Positions 48,918 to 62,719 of a stretch of 64,000 bases of DNA are shown here, piece by piece; the first letter of the stretch is position 1; each line of letters begins with the position of its first letter. Source of the DNA: Bugula neritina. Taxonomy: Eukaryota; Animalia; Bryozoa. The stretch covers positions 22,584,628-22,648,627 of the forward strand of contig OZ037767.1 of assembly GCA_964035545.1 (NCBI GenBank), in the 5' to 3' direction. The notes under the pieces were generated by a model. That model ran no database searches, was not told the origin of the DNA, and worked only from the letters and a program-made list of their open reading frames with translations. A program made the position numbers and the translations under genes.

Positions 48918-51900
48918 CCACTAATAGTAATACTAATAGCAATAGTAGTAAAATTAATCAACTTTAATTTTGTTTAGTTCTAATTGTTTAACATAATAAA
49001 ATTTTCATAGCATTACCTGGTACTTGATGTCAATATGAATATTAATATACTAGCTCGTATCGATATTGATATACTTATAGTTATAGCATTAGCCATTATT
49101 ATTATTATAATTATCATTATAATTATAATAATTAATGTTATCACTATTGCTATTGCCATCAGTATTACTATTAGTATTTCAGTACAATATCTACTATTTC
49201 AACTTGTCAATTATTATTATTAAAACTAATACTAATAGCATTGTTATTATTCAAATAAACTTCAACTTGTTGGTAAACCATTACTTTTATTTATCTTTAA
49301 TGAAGACTGCTATTTTGTTGAGTTTATACATAAAGCATTCACTTCCAGTGTTGCTGTTGATGTTTAATATTGTGAAATTGTCTTTACCTAGCCTAGAAGC
49401 AAAGAATTTCACACTCCACAGCAAACTTCTGTCAATCCTAGTTTTCCTGTTGCTGAGTCTACTCCATTAAATTCCAAAAGTATAATTGCAAAAGAAAAAG
49501 ATGGTGTCTTACAGCATCAAATACACCAGACAGCCAAGCAAAGATCTGTTGTGCATTCTGACAGTGATGTCAGCGCTGAAAATCCAACAGATTCACATGA
49601 AAAATCTTATCAAGTTAAAAATAGTAAAGACCAGGTAACCTAAACTCTTTTAATAGAAATTTTTGACTTTTATTTGGCTGCATTCTGCGTAGTTTTTATG
49701 TCTATTTTTTAGACAATCACATCTTACAATACATATAACAATAATTTCAACTTGACATTATAGTTGTGCAGCCTGTCTCAAATTGCTCTTGTTTATAGTA
49801 TCTCAAATATCTGCATATATCTTAGTTATTTGGGACATTATGGATATTATATTTATTCAAATGCAGAAACCAATTACTTGTAATTACTGTTGCTGTTAAG
49901 GATTCTACAGAGACTCAGATGGAATTGCTTTATCAAAGCTTGCAGTCAGAAGCTCAGAAAATTCAAAAGTTTAAAGTGCATGCATTGGCACAGATCAAGC
50001 AGAAGGTAAAATGATGATAATTATTTAGTAACTATAGCTGTCACTAGGCATAAACAATGTAGTAAAAATATATACAAAACCTCATGATACTATATATCTA
50101 ATCATTTTAATTTAGAACAAATTTATTAAGACGTTGCAAATTATGATAAAAGAAATAAAGTTGCTACTTTACTAATTCACTAGGAATACATCAAATGTGT
50201 ATTTTTTAGTCAAAAATGTTTTTAATATTGAACTTGTATTTTCATTCCTATGTTGCTTGTTGTAATTGTATTATTATAAATGTAAATTATAATTATGCAT
50301 AGGTACTGCCATTACCATCAAAATAATTACTGTTTATTAGTTTTACATACCTAAATTTTATAATATATTTCATTTTTATAAAAATGACAAGCAAAACTGT
50401 ATATATATAAATTGTAGCTTAGAGGTTTGTTTTATTCATTTAAATAATTTCATAAGAATGACTCGGCCACATTTTTAGGCTACCTGAAAAATTAGTTATA
50501 AAGTCTAAATTTTGACCATTTAGAATAATGCAATTATTTGTAACGTGTGGGCCTGTTTCTTGGTTAACAGCAGGTTATATCTATTCATTCATATTTATAA
50601 CTTTTATTGAAAAGTTTGGTTATGCGTTATTTGTAGCTGCATGTGCATAACAATTCTCCAGTCAACACTGCCATATTTCTCATAGCCTACTCAAGTTATA
50701 AAAGTTTTTGGAGCATAAATAAAGATTTTAGTTTAAATGTAATTTAAAAGTAAAATAGCAAGTAACAGATTTAGTTATTCAACATTTCTATTCGTGTTTT
50801 GTTAAAACTAGGCTATTAGCAATAGTGCTACTTTTTTTAAATAAATTTGTATTATTAGATTACAAAGTTTACTAATTTTCCATATGTTGTGGACACAATC
50901 ATTGTCAGAGCAGTCAGCTGGTAAACATCTATTTACATAATTGTACCACCTGGTTGAATCCCAACAATTCTATCTATATAAAAAGTTAAATTAGTAGTAT
51001 ATTTACTAATTTTGAAAGTTTCTGAAATTTTCGTTTTTCAACTAAATATAATTTTTTGTTTCTACATTTCAGACAAATTAGATTAGCATTTATACTTTTT
51101 CAGATTTGTGCTTGCAACTTATAAATTCATACTATGCTAAAGCAGCCTATTATCCAGTCTGTTATGATAATTGTTATTATATTGGTTCTGGTTATAAAAA
51201 TATTTATAATAATTAACATAAGTAACATAATTTTTTGCAGTCTAAACTTATTCAAAAACTTCCAATGGCAATATATTTCATAACGCTATGAATCTTTTAC
51301 TTTAAACTGGGTATAGACTGACAGTATAGCTTAGTGGCTTTAAGTGGCATTGGAGTAATTGTGATTAGATGACATTCCTAACTTTCCCTGCTGAGATTTG
51401 AATTCTTATAGTCTAGCACGACTGCAGATGTCATGATAAAACCGCAAGTATAACTACTAAACAATAATTATTTTAACAGCTTTTTTTATTAATTTGCAGA
51501 CGGAGGAAGTCTCTTTAAAGGAGTCCCAGATTAAAAGATTGTCAATTGAGCTGAATTCTACAAGGGTATGGCACTTCTTTATAAAAACACCTAAACATTA
51601 TATGACAATGTACTCTGACTTTAATTTTTTTGTAAAATTGAATTTTTATGCCATGTTTATTCTACAACAAAGCTATTAGAGCTTCACTGCATCATGTTCA
51701 GTGTGATCATAAATATAGTATGATCTGTACACTATACGTCATGTATGCATGCATGTAGGTATGTAGTAGTATGAGATATGCATGCTAATACCATACATTT
51801 ATATAAATTTTACAATGTACTTTAATTGGTATTATTTCATTTATAATATATTTAATTCCTACACTAATCTTCACTCGCATATATGTTTGTTGAGCATTTT

Positions 51901-53485
51901 TTTAAAGTCAAATTGTAAATTATTAAATTGCTAGGGGCTGACTTGTCATTGACAGATTTTATGATCAAAAAGTTTATTCCATGAAGCCAGCATTGATATT
52001 ATTTTCATGCCCAAAGCAATAAACTTAAATTTTAGACATGAATTTGCAGCAAAAACACGGTTTAAAATGAAAAAAAAAATATAGGTGAAGAATATCAAAA
52101 ATATACTTTTAAAACTAAGTTTGAGCTTTAATGAGTGTTCTGAAAAAAAAACTCAATTTATAAATAATAATGTTTAAATTGAGTGTTTCATTTTTACAGA
52201 TACTTTCAATTTAATTCATCAGCAGATATTTAGTATCTGGAAAAGGCAATCTTTATTTCTAGGTTTAAAAACAAGTTTTAAAATTACTGGCTTTCTAAAT
52301 TATAAACTTGCTGCTCTATGTTTTTCAGTCAACTAACAATCAGCTCAACTCTAAGCTACAAAGACAGAAACACAGTAACGATGATGTTTTGAATAAGTAT
52401 GCAAAACTTTCTATTTCTTTTTGATTTTGGGCTAAACTTGTAATACTTTTTTTGTATATTATAAAATTAAAATGGAAACATAATGTGCAACAACATTGAA
52501 TGTATTAATACTGGCTAGTAGATCAAAAGTCAATAAACATGAAAAATACTGCTCTCTTTATTGAAATGGCTGAAGTATATCTTATAAGACTAAATTTTCA
52601 GCGTTCAATGTTTATTTTTTAACAAAACTCCCTAACCTACTTTTTTCCAATATTTATTGATTTTCGGCTTGTGTGTCTCATAAATTGAATTATGCTGGCA
52701 TTTCAATTATAGTTATTATTTAGTTCCTGATGTGTATTGTTTGTTTGAAATTAAACAATACTCACTATTATAGAGTGGCGACAACCAGGGAAATGTGCTT
52801 TGCCTTAGCTGGTGAACACAAACATCTGAAAGACAGGTTAGAAGTTGGAAAGAGTTTCCTTGTTACTACACAGCAGAAATCATCTCAGCAAACTTTAGCA
52901 GTGAAGGTCCGGAATCAAATGATATGTGGTTGCCTAGCTTATAATATATGAACTACTTTTCAGCTAACAGCTGAACAGGAAACATGTTAGCTTTGTGTTC
53001 AACTTTTTGATATAAATTATTCTGAGTTTGAGTATACAGAACAGTCAAGTTTTACAATATGTTTGCTAAAACTATTTTTAGGCTTATAAAATTTGTTAAA
53101 TATACTGGGTTGTTTGTTCAGAAAACCATGGCGTCTGTTGAGCAGTTTAAGGATTCTATTGAGCAAAGGTTGAGACAAATTGAGAAAATGGGTAATTATA
53201 TTTTACGTGACTCGGCATTTACAGCTGTTAATGTAAGTTTCATTGCAATTAATGTTGACTAATTATCTAGCAAATTCTTAAAAACACTATGCAACAAGAG
53301 TTTTTTTATGTTTTAACTACCAGCTATTCTTTTTTATTAGCTAAGTCAAAAAAGTTAGAGCAAGAGATGCTTATTGAAGAGTTAACTTCAAAGGAAAAGT
53401 TATTAAGAAAAGAGGTAACATGAATTGTTTTCCAGTTCCTTCAACAAAAGTTCAAAACCAAACTATTTACAAACATACATTATAC

Positions 53486-53524
<39 letters not shown>

Positions 53525-53572
53525 AATCTGTGGACAGCAGCTGTTTCGGGATTTGTCCCCTCATCAGCACAG

Positions 53573-53665
<93 letters not shown>

Positions 53666-56600
53666 GTAATGTATATATAATGTATATATAATGTATATAT
53701 ACAGCTAATTAATACATTTTTGTGCTAATAATTTTGTCTGAAGAGTAATTCTCTCTTCAATTGCATTGCCATTAATATTTTGTGTCCATGTAATTTACTT
53801 CCTCCATAAACTTGCATGTGCCTATGTATATACATTGTAGCTTGAAGAAAGGAATGATTTGTACAATGAGCTGCAAGCCAGTTACGGTATGTTTTATAAC
53901 TTGATAGTTTTATGCTTTACTTTGTATAGTATAATAAAACTTGATGGTTAGTCGATAGTTACTAAATTTGATAGTATGTTGACCACCACACTATAAATAA
54001 TAGTGTTGCAGTTTTTACTATACTTTAAAGCACTAGTTTTAATAGATGAACATATATAAGCAGCTATCATGATATATTTTATCTAAAATATGCTTATATA
54101 TTATAGATGAAAATGCTAACAAGCATTCTCTGGTGCAAACTCAGTTATTAAATGAGGGAGAGAAGATGAAATTAAAAGAGGTATGTAAATCAAAATATTT
54201 TATTAAAGTTCTTGCATCTCTCGGGTCATTCTAATGCATAACCGATGGCGATGGCGGTAGGTAGCGCCACTTGAAAACTCAATACCAATGAATGCCAACA
54301 AATTGCACAGGGTAGCTGTTATATAAAATGGCCAGGTAATCATTAGTTTGATATGTTGGGGTTTCTCACTGTAACTTGAAATATTTTTGTCATTGAAATT
54401 AAAGTAAAGAAGTAAAAGTTACTGTAAATCAATTTCAAAGAAAATATACTTGATGCTCTTCATTTTTTTAAATTTTATGATGTAGAGTCATGGCTAAAAA
54501 TATGTGTTGGCAGCATATAGTTTAATTGAATACAACTAATATGCGTAAAGAAAAGTGAAATTCTAATGAATTAAACAACTAAAACTTTAAAGCAAAAAAT
54601 AGAACCTACTGTGCATAATATTTTTAAGCATTTTATGTTTATTAGTTTTATTCTAAACACGAATAAAATCAGTTTTAAAAGTCCATTGTTAACCTCTGCT
54701 TAAATAAGGTGCTTCAAATTTAGATTTTAATTCTAGATTTATCATAATTTGATTTTCACTTTGATTTTGTTTTTAGACAAGTCGAATTTTAATATTTTGT
54801 ACTTCTTTATGCTTGAGTAAACCCTACAAACCATAAGCTAAACATTCCTATGCTTATAGGCAGAGCTGACTGCTACAATAGACGAGCTTATTACTTCTAA
54901 AAATTCAGAATTATCTGAAGCTCAGCATAAACTAGACGTAACTGTTGCTGCTAGTAAGAACACTGAAGAGTCACTAAAGAATGCAATGCAAAAAGTAGAG
55001 AAACAACTTTTAGACTGCCAGTCTGAGTATGTATATGTGTGTAAACTATTACCTATAAAAATAGCTGTTCAATGAAACTCAATTATTTCTTGTTTAGGTA
55101 ATTAATAGTTCCGTGCACAATAATTGATATATAAGCTAGCTCTGCATATAAATTTCGTTCCTTGTGCTTAGTTTTGGCTATAATTTTGAAAAAAATACCT
55201 ATTACATGCTACAGCTCTAATTCTTACTTGTAGTGTGATTGGAAATGTGATAATTGTGTTTTGTGAATTTAAAGCAATCATTGTTATCATGATTGTGTTA
55301 CAGTATATATCAAATAGCTTGCCTGTTTGTAGGTTAGCAGCAACAAATGCCAACTTGGAAAATGTTAAAAACATGCATGAAGTGGCAGTCACTGAGAGGG
55401 GTAACATTTTGCTAACATTAGCCTAAATTGTCTGGAAAGTACTATAATTCTTAGCAGCTCTTAAAATTTGCCTGCTTGAACATTAATATATTTTTATTTT
55501 TAAAATCTGATTAATCCACCTGCTCTCTAATGAAATATATGGGCATAAACAGTGTGAAGGTGCCACGCGATGCATATTAAACATCAGTAAAAATCATATT
55601 TTGCTACTTAGTATTTTTGAAAGTAATTACAAAGCTATATTATTTTATAAAACAACCAAAATAATTAATTGAAACACTTATACAATTTTTATTGTTTTAG
55701 ACTTGCTCTAAACATTAAGTACTTAATTCACCTATGCAGCTTTATTCATTTGAAAAATGCATAAGCATGAAAGCTACTGCTTTTTACTTCAGATAATTTC
55801 CAGGAAAGTCTCATAAAAAGTGAGAGTGCTATACTGGAACTGTCTTCAGTAAAGGTGAGAAATTGTGTTGGTGCGCACGTGCATGCATGTATAGTTGTTT
55901 ATATAAGTATTTATTATTGTTGCTTCCCACAGTGCTCAACATAATATATTATTATACATAGCTATAGTTAGTAGCTTCAGTTAGTTTCAAATTTCAATTG
56001 AAAATTATATTAAACTAGCTTATACTTTACTTTAGACACAACTGGAGCAAAACTTTAGTTTTCTAAAAAGTGAGTTTACTGAGAAAGAAGGCACTTTGAA
56101 AAAAGTTGAAGAAGATTTTGAGAATGAGCGCAACACCAATAGTGTGACAATGGTATGAGCTAATTTAGCTAATAATTTGAAAAACGATCAAGTGGTCACA
56201 TATAGATGTGCACAATAGCTCAATATGCTGTCTATTGATTGCATGAGGTTCCGCATTCGAAGATGATGTCTACACTTTTTATTATTTATCTAATATGTTG
56301 CATACAATAACTATGGCTGCATGCATAGTTACTACTTGTACAAAGTGCCTACTAATTATATAGCCTTGTATGACCTATAATTAGTATTACTGCCAGACCA
56401 ACTTTAAATTATAGAGACTGCAAAATAAATGATTGGTTAGGGACCCACTTTTTATACACTTGATGTGTGCTGCGATTCAATGAATCAGTTTCACTTTCTA
56501 TCTTATTTGAAAACATGTAATAACTTCCTTCCATGACTATCTAATATAGTAGCTTATACCATATACTATACATAATACTGAAGTTTTAGCATGCTAATCT

Positions 56601-59600
56601 CATAGCCATCTTACTTGTTTCCTCGGATGGTGATGGGGCATGAGTTTTTTCATGCAGCTTTTATTATTTTATATCTACTCCGTTTCTAGCCATGCTACTT
56701 CATATTTTATTCATCAAGTTTTTTTTATTCACAAATTTGGTTTTGATTTTTTTAAAGTTATGTGCAATCGCAAATGCTTTTACTGTTGGAAAACCTACAT
56801 GCATACTTGTACAATGTACATATATTCACAATTTATGGTGAGACATATGACGGACAAGTGAGCCCATGTAATATGTACATTTTACCAAGTTTCGGCTCAG
56901 ATATGAGATTTTTTCATATCAATGAACAGTAGCCAACTTTCGTTGACTTGTTGCTTTACTGTTCCAGCAGTTAAGAAAAGCATGCCACTAGCACTGATTG
57001 CCTTGCTTGTGTATAAGTCAGTTTGTATACTGGAATTTGTTTGCCAGATTATTGTTCTTGGCTATTACTCAAGTATTTTATTTTAGTAAAGTGATATACT
57101 AAACACTTACAATTTTTGGTGTCGATTTTAAACTATTATACCTGATTGACATGCTGGTGCTACAGTGACATACTTGTTATACAGTTATAGTGACCAATAT
57201 TATTTAAAGAGTTGCCGAGTGTGGACTAGCCTATTATTTGTTCATATACACTATCATATCTGTATAGGTACTGTAAACTTGTTGATCACATGAGTATATG
57301 TTTTGACATCATCGCGTTGTGCTGTCTTGCTGTAGACTAAGCTTCATGATGAAATACTGGCTAAATCGCAGGAGATCTCACAACAGTCTCAACACATTGA
57401 ACACCTATGTGAAAAAACTTCAGAACTGGAGCTAAATATTTCAGAGTCTAAGGTATTCTATAAAGTTTAAATAACTTTACTTACACGGGCCCACAATTTA
57501 GGTAAAGCAAAACTTGCTTTCATAAATAACATGCTTTAGAGTTTTAAAGTGTGATAAGAAATTAAGGCCCAATAGGTTTTATCTTATTCTCAATTTCACT
57601 TCTTTCATTTAGTTGAAGTGTGAGGCTCTTGAAGTTGAATATGATGAACTTCGTACACTCTGCAAAACAAGAGAAGGAGAGCTTGCAGCTTGTAGGGAGA
57701 CCACTGAAGCACAATGGTAGGGCATAGCAAATAGAACTGAGCACATTGCAAGCTGTACTAGAATTGATGACGTAATGTAGTACTCTAAAATATATCGTAA
57801 TTATATAGCCATCATGTATTTATTTAAATATGTATTTTCCTTTTTTATTTTCAGTGCTGAGATCGCTAATTTAAACAAAACTTTGGAGCAAACATCTTTG
57901 AATGCTAATGCTGACCAAGGAGTTTTACAGCAATCTGTAAGTTTGAAACTGACAAGATCACCTGATACATATTAAGGTGTTGAGTTTCACTTTGTTTTGG
58001 TGATTTATTTTATTCAGTTAGCTTTTATGCAGCTCTGTACTACTAATTATTTCTCACCAAGTGTCACATCATATAAGGCAACATGTATATAAATTGCATT
58101 ATTATAATATGATTATAAATGAAAGTGTCTTAAAATTATTATTTTTAGTACAATAATGAGCTGTAGTATAATGCATTAGTGTTGAGATGTTTCAATATTT
58201 ATGAATCCTGTGTGTAATTAGCATGTAGAAAAATCTGTCTCAAATTGTTTACAGATCGCCCAGTTGAACTCTGAGCTGAACTCACAGAGACAAGCTTATA
58301 GTAAAACGGTAGAACAACTAGAAGAAGAAATTCAAGCAGCTAAATCTAATGTAAGTTTTATAGTACAGTGATGATGGATTTTTCACGGTTTGTTTAATAA
58401 GGTTTCTATATAGTCGTTTATTTAATGTCTTTTTTCTGTTATTTTCTAAGGTTGATGTTTTGGCTAAAAAGTTGTCGGATGAGCAAACCCACAGTGCTGA
58501 GAGCATATCAACTCTGGAGAAGGCTTTGAAGACCCAAGAAAACGAACATGAGGTCAAGATTAAGCAGAAGATTGAGGCTTTCACGAAGGTGCAAGATCAA
58601 CTTCAGCGGCTGCTAGATGAGGCAGTTGCATCTCACCAGGAAAAACTTTCAGCTTTGCAAGATGCTATGAAAACTCAGAAAAAAGAGTATGAGGAATCGA
58701 TGCAATCAAAAACTGACGAATTTGCAAAAGCACAAAGTGAACTACAAAGTACATTGAGTGATACTGAGCGAAAACTTGAACTGGTGTGTAATGCTTTGCC
58801 TCGTTCATTCTTGATATTGTAATTAATAGGGGTGATTGTTTTTCTGTGTCTATACACTGGGTAAATTTTTAATTTTGCACTTTAGGAAATTCAGAAAGCG
58901 GAAGATCTTACTCAAGATCTTTCTATCACCAAACAGTCGTTAGAGAAAAGTCTGCAGGATAAGGTAATTTCAAATATTATAGTAAAAATATGGTATAATA
59001 TAGTATGCAGTTAGTGAAATCTATGGCTGTGATTTGCTAAATCATGTTGTAATTTCATATTTACACTATAAAGTTGTAGCCTATTGCTTATAATTGAAAG
59101 TAGCATTTTCTAGCTCTTCCTCAAATTGTAGTTGGATAAATTATTAGTTTGTCTCTATAAAATTTAGTGATAATGTTAAAATTTATTAAATAATATAATG
59201 AATGTTTATTTTAGAATACTGTGGTTTCTGCTTTGGCAAAGAAAACAGAGGAATGGCAGGATGTATCCAATAAACTTTTAGTCAAGGTTATAACCTTTAA
59301 AAGAAATTTAATTCTACATGTATATCTAACTTTTTTTATTTTAAAGTCATATTTTAGTGAATCAGACAAAGGCAAAGCTAATTTAACCCATTTTAATTTA
59401 TTTCGAAAAAATAGTGTTGTTCAATCTCCATATGATTAAGAACATAATTAACAAAGGCTGCAACTCCTTGTGCTACCACTATTTGTAGGATTGTGAGTTC
59501 AACAAATTAATGTCAGCTGTGCAGAATTTAAAATCGAGATGGGCTGCAGTAGCCACACCTCTTACACCTGCATCTACTCCAACTCATGTTCCTCAACAAG

Positions 59601-61699
59601 CGGCTGTCAAACCCACAACCTATGAATCACCATTCCACTCTGGCACAACTGCTATGCCCACAACTCCGACTTTTAAATCACTAACACCACAGAAAAACCC
59701 TTCGCTGGCTCACCACACTACTCCAAAGTCTAGCAGAGCTCTCAAAACTCCACCAAATTTTAGTACTCCACGCACTCCAAATTCTAGCCTAGTGAGTGTA
59801 AATTCACTTCATTGTAGAGAGTCAAATACTTTTAACTGTCACGCAATAAATGTTCGGAGACAAATATTATAATGAATAGAATATACTTTATGAATGTGGT
59901 TAGTAACTTATATTGTAATATGCTGTTATTTTATATTGTAGAATTACTTTGCTGTTAATAAATTAATTTTGTGTTGTTTGCTGCAGTTTTAGTACAACTT
60001 TGTCATATAAAAGGAGAGGCACTAACTAAACCAAAAAAGTTATCTTCTCTTTTTTGTATTTCTTTGAATAAGATTTGTTGACTATTATAGGATAACCCCA
60101 AAGGGATTTTGAGAAATGAAGGGTCAGCATCAAAACCAAATAGAGTAGTTTTCAGCACACCTATTGAACAGAGAAATGTTCCCTCTGATTCGGACACCTC
60201 TGTATTAGATATTGAGGTGAGTGTTGTGACCATTCAAATATACAATATCCTACTTCTGCTTCTATCTTTTTTACTTTTTGAGAATTAATTATTTCCATTC
60301 ATTCTACCATATTTAGGTATATAACCTATATAGGATTAGTAATGTAAGTACATGCCTCACATCAACAAACTAGATCAACAAGAATTTTACAATATGCTAA
60401 GCTATTTGAGGTTGACACTATATTTTTTCTACTACAAAAAAGTTACTCCTGATATCTGTACAGCTATTTGGCTAACGTAAGATTATAAATATGTAAAGTT
60501 TTGATACAATCTCGTTAAAATTGTACATTATTGGTTTTTTGCAGGTTGTCAATAAATCTTTTCAACTAAGATCAACTCCTGAGAGCAAAGCCTCAAACCC
60601 GTCACTGCTAGGGTCAGGAGGAGGTAGAGGCAGTGTGCTCACTACTCCAAGGAGACTCGGTGCAAGTCCTCACAGTCTGGGGGGTAACAAGCAGGTGTCT
60701 CTCACTCGACATGATCAGCTTAACAACTCTAACTGCTCAGCAATATCTTCACAGAGCAGTGACCGACTACCTAGATCTAGGATGATTAAAGTCAACAGTA
60801 AAAAGGTAATTTTCTGCTGAATTCAAGCTGCTTTTACATGCACAAATTTGCATTCCTATATTACATTTTATTTAAATTTAAACTAGCTTCAGGATTACCT
60901 ATAACATGAGTCAGATACAGACATTCAGGAACAAAAAAAGCATTTGTACAGTAATGAAGAAATACATGCAATAGTTTAGTTAGGTTGTTTCCTATTATGT
61001 ACCTTGATGTGCAAATATCTTACTTCTGTTTTTAGCGAGTTAGATCTGTAACTGGAATGTTGGGAAGGAAAGATGAGCCCGACTTGCTCACCAATGCAAT
61101 GGTATGTTAAAGGGTCATTCATATTTTTTCCTACTTACTTATTATTGTATTAGTTTAAAATGCCGCTTGGCAGTAATTATAAGGTTGAAAAAGAGCCACT
61201 TTTTACTGAATTTACTAGAAAAACTTGTAGTAATACCTAATACCTTTAATGTGTGACGAGCCGTGGCATTATATCTAGTGTTGAATAAGATACATGTACT
61301 GTGTTGAGGCAATTGTGACAAAGTACTATTGGTTCTTACATATGACATGTCATAGATACTCTAATCAAGCTTGAAACAATCTAGAACAGTTTTAGCTTTT
61401 TATATAGAAGTAGAAACATTTTTAAAAGTTAAATCACAATCATACAAAGTAATGCTTCATAAAATTAGATTATACTCTGCAATATTAAAATAAATTTAAG
61501 GTGTGATATGTACTTTAATTTTGTTACTCTTGTATATATTAAAATGCTGTTTGATTTACGCTAGATCGAGCTTAAAAATTTTATTTATTTCAATTGTTAG
61601 AAAAAACATAGAGTGGTTATAGATCATGGACATTCACTAAGTGCACCCAAACCTGTTCGAGAATCAGATTCGGATTGCTTCGGCTTTGGCTCTGATTGA
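48594..61699 (+). CDS. SYCP1: Synaptonemal complex protein 1-like (transverse filament), 26 exons, ~1054 aa
   Basis: Exons 48594-48728, 49392-49634, 49901-50005, 51500-51565, 52329-52396, 52774-52906, 53122-53191, 53341-53414, 53841-53886, 54107-54180, 54860-55026, 55333-55400, 55793-55854, 56036-56152, 57336-57452, 57613-57716, 57855-57936, 58255-58350, 58451-58783, 58886-58963, 59215-59286, 59489-59791, 60091-60216, 60545-60805, 61036-61101, 61601-61699; phase-consistent, 3165 nt. [29 protein letters not shown]...TTREMC aligns with the SYCP1 conserved block (LYSKLYKEAEKIKKWKV...ELRQK...ATRHLC), followed by a long coiled coil, a basic S/T-P-rich tail and terminal [10 protein letters not shown]. 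Confidence 0.8.
48729..48955. repeat. (TAA/TAG)n trinucleotide array starting at the SYCP1-like exon-1 donor
   Basis: Begins ATG|GTAATGCTAATAGTT; near-pure (TAG)n at ~48810-48916. Confidence 0.92.
53488..53700. repeat. Two (TA)n tracts bracketing a ~55-bp GC-richer insert
   Basis: TA runs at ~53489-53521 and ~53576-53658, with a decayed tail to ~53700. Confidence 0.92.
53527..53573 (-). ncRNA. Type I hammerhead ribozyme (short, Penelope-like/retrozyme style)
   Basis: Minus strand reads UCUGUG-CUGAUGA-GGGG ACAAA UCCC-GAA-ACAG CUG CUGU-C-CACAGA. All core nucleotides are present. Stem I is 6 bp (UCUGUG/CACAGA), stem II 4 bp, stem III 4 bp. GUC cleavage triplet, predicted cut between 53533 and 53532. 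Confidence 0.88.
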
Positions 61700-62719
61700 T
61701 GTTATAACTATTCTTTGTTCAAATATTTAATTAAATGTTTTAAATTTTCAATTACTTACTTACATACTTGCTACAATTTTTTATTTAGTCTGTAAGCTGT
61801 TGTTGGAAACAGTTGTTATATCTTTCTAGTTATATTGACGCAACTTTATTTTTGTTTAACTGAAATCAATAAAATTTAAATTTAAAGTTAACCATTAAAT
61901 TTAAAGATCGAAATTAGCAAAAACTGTTCAATATTGTTGTGAATTTATGCTTCACTGCAATCAATGGGTTTATTTAATGAAAGCCACTTCGCCAGGTTTA
62001 CTAATTGCTAAGAGTTTATTTACTGCGAATAACACACAGCATAAAATGAATAACACTACTAACACAAACTGTTACATAATAGAGAGCTAACAATACACAA
62101 CTTTACACTAGCATTTCCAAGTCCTCTCTGCCGGCCACGCTGCCTAACGAGCTTCTACTACGTGTTTGCAGCTCCGCCTACTAGTTAATTGTCAGTCCTG
62201 TTTCATTGGCCAATACGATCAGGTCATCCTGATGGCATGATGCTAGCTGCATCATGTAACTGCCCGGCGAGAAGCATCCTCTCGATACAACTAATGTACT
62301 ACTAAAATCCACACAATAATATAATTAATAGACTATTAAAAACCCTTACAATATTACCATAAATTTAATGGTGCAAGTAAAATACTAATTTATTGTACGG
62401 TATACTTTATTTCTAGTAAACTACAAGAAACATAAAATGCATAAGATACATTAATAGTGTGTATTTTATTTTCCGTACTGTGTAGTTACCTCTGAAAAGA
62501 AAGCTACATACATATATGAACTATCTCGCAAAATATCAAGCAGCTGGAGAGCTGTTGAAATACTTCAACTCACTTAAAAATATTCATACTTCTAATTTCA
62601 ATAGCACAAAAATTAATGCAGTGTCTTAAAAATTTCCCGCAGTAATGTGCAGATGCAAATAAGTTAAGCTGGAATAAAACAGTATTGTGAAATATGTTTA
62701 AGTAGCGTTTTAAAACTGT

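Noticed and set aside
52200-52225. Other CUGANGA hits (7423, 47550, 52215, 53738) as further hammerheads
   Set aside because: No stem II + GAAA + stem III/I arrangement around them.
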